DNA of 64,000 nucleotides, taken from assembly GCA_002269645.1 (NCBI GenBank), contig NIVC01000835.1:186001-250000 (forward strand). The letters are read 5' to 3'. A model generated the notes under the pieces. That model was not told the origin of the DNA. It ran no database searches and saw nothing but the letters and a program-made list of their open reading frames with translations. The position numbers were made by a program, and so were the translations under genes. Position 1 is the first letter of the stretch. Every line of letters begins with the position of its first letter. Below, piece by piece: positions 63,201-64,000 of the stretch. The DNA is from Macrostomum lignano (Eukaryota).

Positions 63201-64000
63201 GATAATCTCTAAGATTGTTGATAACGTCTCTAAGATTATGTTGATAATCTCTGAGATTATGTTGATAATCTCTGAGATTATGTTGATAATCTCTGAGATT
63301 ATGTTGATAATCTCTCTGAGATGTTGATAATCTCTAAGATTGTTGATAACGTCTCTAAGATTATGTTGATAATCTCTGAGATTATGTTGATAATCTCTGA
63401 GATTATGTTGATAATCTCTGAGATTATGTTGATAATCTCTGAGATTATGTTGATAATCTCTGAGATTATGTTGATAATCTCTCTGAGATGTTGATAATCT
63501 CTCTGAGATGTTGATAATCTCTCTGAGATGTTGATAATCTCTCTAAGATTGTTGACAACGTCTCTAAGATTATGTTGATAATCTCTCTGAGGTTCTGTTG
63601 ATAATCTCTGAGATTATTTTGATAATCTCTCCGAGATTATGTTGATTTCCTGATAATCGTATGCTTGGGATTGTATAGAAGATTATTTCAGATATTATCC
63701 TAATGTTTCTGCTATTATCTTGAAAACTGTTTTGATAAGTCTTCTTTAGACTCTTTCTACTCGCTCCTATCACAGACTAATAGCTATTTCAGTTCTAACT
63801 TCTGAGTTTCAACGCAAATTTTAAAAAGCGAAATATTTTGTCCCTACGACATTTTTCAGGTCTTTGAGTTCGACTTCCGCTAAAATTAAGCGCGCATTCT
63901 TTCAGTTCACGCCCGGCAGGTATTCAATAATTTGTGACCCTTCTAATTGACTCTGCAAGTCCTATAAGATTTCACACCTTGATTTCCAGTTGGACTCCAA
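56979..64000 (+). CDS. ptdss1: Phosphatidylserine synthase 1-like, 3' partial; join(56979-57244, 61517-61608, 61689-61733, 61840-61967, 62574-62884, 63860-63919, 63990->64000)
   Basis: [12 protein letters not shown]|[49 protein letters not shown]|WTP. All phases are compatible and all introns are GT-AG. PSS1-type rather than PSS2-type motifs. Confidence 0.95.
57530..57702. mobile_element. Palindromic MITE-like element, about 170 bp
   Basis: Arms GCCATTTCTACTGGCAA...GCTATTGG versus CCAATAGC...TTGCCAATAGAAATGGC; central AGTCACGTGACT. Confidence 0.7.
58085..58620. repeat. Old degenerate repeat, three units of about 155-210 bp
   Basis: CCTAAACTTCAATAGAGG...GTCTATTGAAGATT and GCTGACAACT recur. 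Confidence 0.8.
61517..61608 (+). CDS. ptdss1: PTDSS1 exon 2
   Basis: TTTAG|A...G|GTAAGT; [12 protein letters not shown]...MPN. Confidence 0.92.
61689..61733 (+). CDS. ptdss1: PTDSS1 exon 3
   Basis: TTTTAG|GG; [14 protein letters not shown]; donor GTCAGT. Confidence 0.93.
61840..61967 (+). CDS. ptdss1: PTDSS1 exon 4
   Basis: TTTTAG|GC; ISVLYFL...ILDK; donor GTATTT. Confidence 0.92.
62098..62392 (+). mobile_element. tRNA-derived SINE in PTDSS1 intron 4
   Basis: A-box AGCCTAGTGGTTAG, B-box GGTTCGATTCC (62163-62173), CTGTAAAATGGG (62210-62221), (TTA)-rich tail, candidate TSD ACTGATAAT at 62089-62097 and 62393-62401. Confidence 0.78.
62574..62884 (+). CDS. ptdss1: PTDSS1 exon 5
   Basis: CGCAG|GAA; contains WEITE and ECWWD; donor GTGAGC. 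Confidence 0.95.
62915..63650. repeat. AT-rich ~21-23 bp array in PTDSS1 intron 5 (GTTGATAATCTCTGAGATTAT)
   Basis: Read directly; unit is self-complementary. Confidence 0.93.
63860..63919 (+). CDS. ptdss1: PTDSS1 exon 6
   Basis: TTTTCAG|G; [19 protein letters not shown]; donor GTATTC. Confidence 0.9.
63990..64000 (+). CDS. ptdss1: PTDSS1 exon 7, start only
   Basis: TTTCCAG|T TGG ACT CCA completes S-W-T-P. Confidence 0.75.

Overview
Eukaryotic (metazoan) genomic DNA with GT-AG introns; no prokaryotic features, CRISPR or rRNA. Roughly half the window is about 25 different tandem-repeat arrays with 10-41 bp units. The largest are an 11.4-kb 36-mer array and a 9.3-kb 22-mer array, both with higher-order structure. 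Most long ORFs in the track are artefacts of these arrays. Four protein-coding genes can be assembled by hand. (1) An intronless Sp5/buttonhead zinc-finger gene (minus, 17639-16555) broken by an apparent 1-bp deletion. (2) A 3-exon effector caspase (minus, 43573-41562) whose QACRG motif is split by a minisatellite-filled intron. (3) A 5-exon USP12/46 deubiquitinase (minus, 55367-47774). (4) A PTDSS1-type phosphatidylserine synthase (plus, from 56979, running off the window), head-to-head with the USP gene. There is also a hAT-type MITE with an 8-bp TSD, two other MITE-like elements and a tRNA-derived SINE. The strongest unexplained signals are a ~9-kb CpG-depleted, low-GC3 domain around the USP/PTDSS divergent promoter (a possible gene-body methylation footprint) and short introns expanded by private minisatellites that spare the splice signals. 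Sp5 also carries an eh1-like motif, an EIDV motif and candidate GC-box and TCF sites. I found no convincing evidence of a wholly new biological system. The architecture recalls Macrostomum-type flatworm assemblies, but that is a guess I cannot verify.
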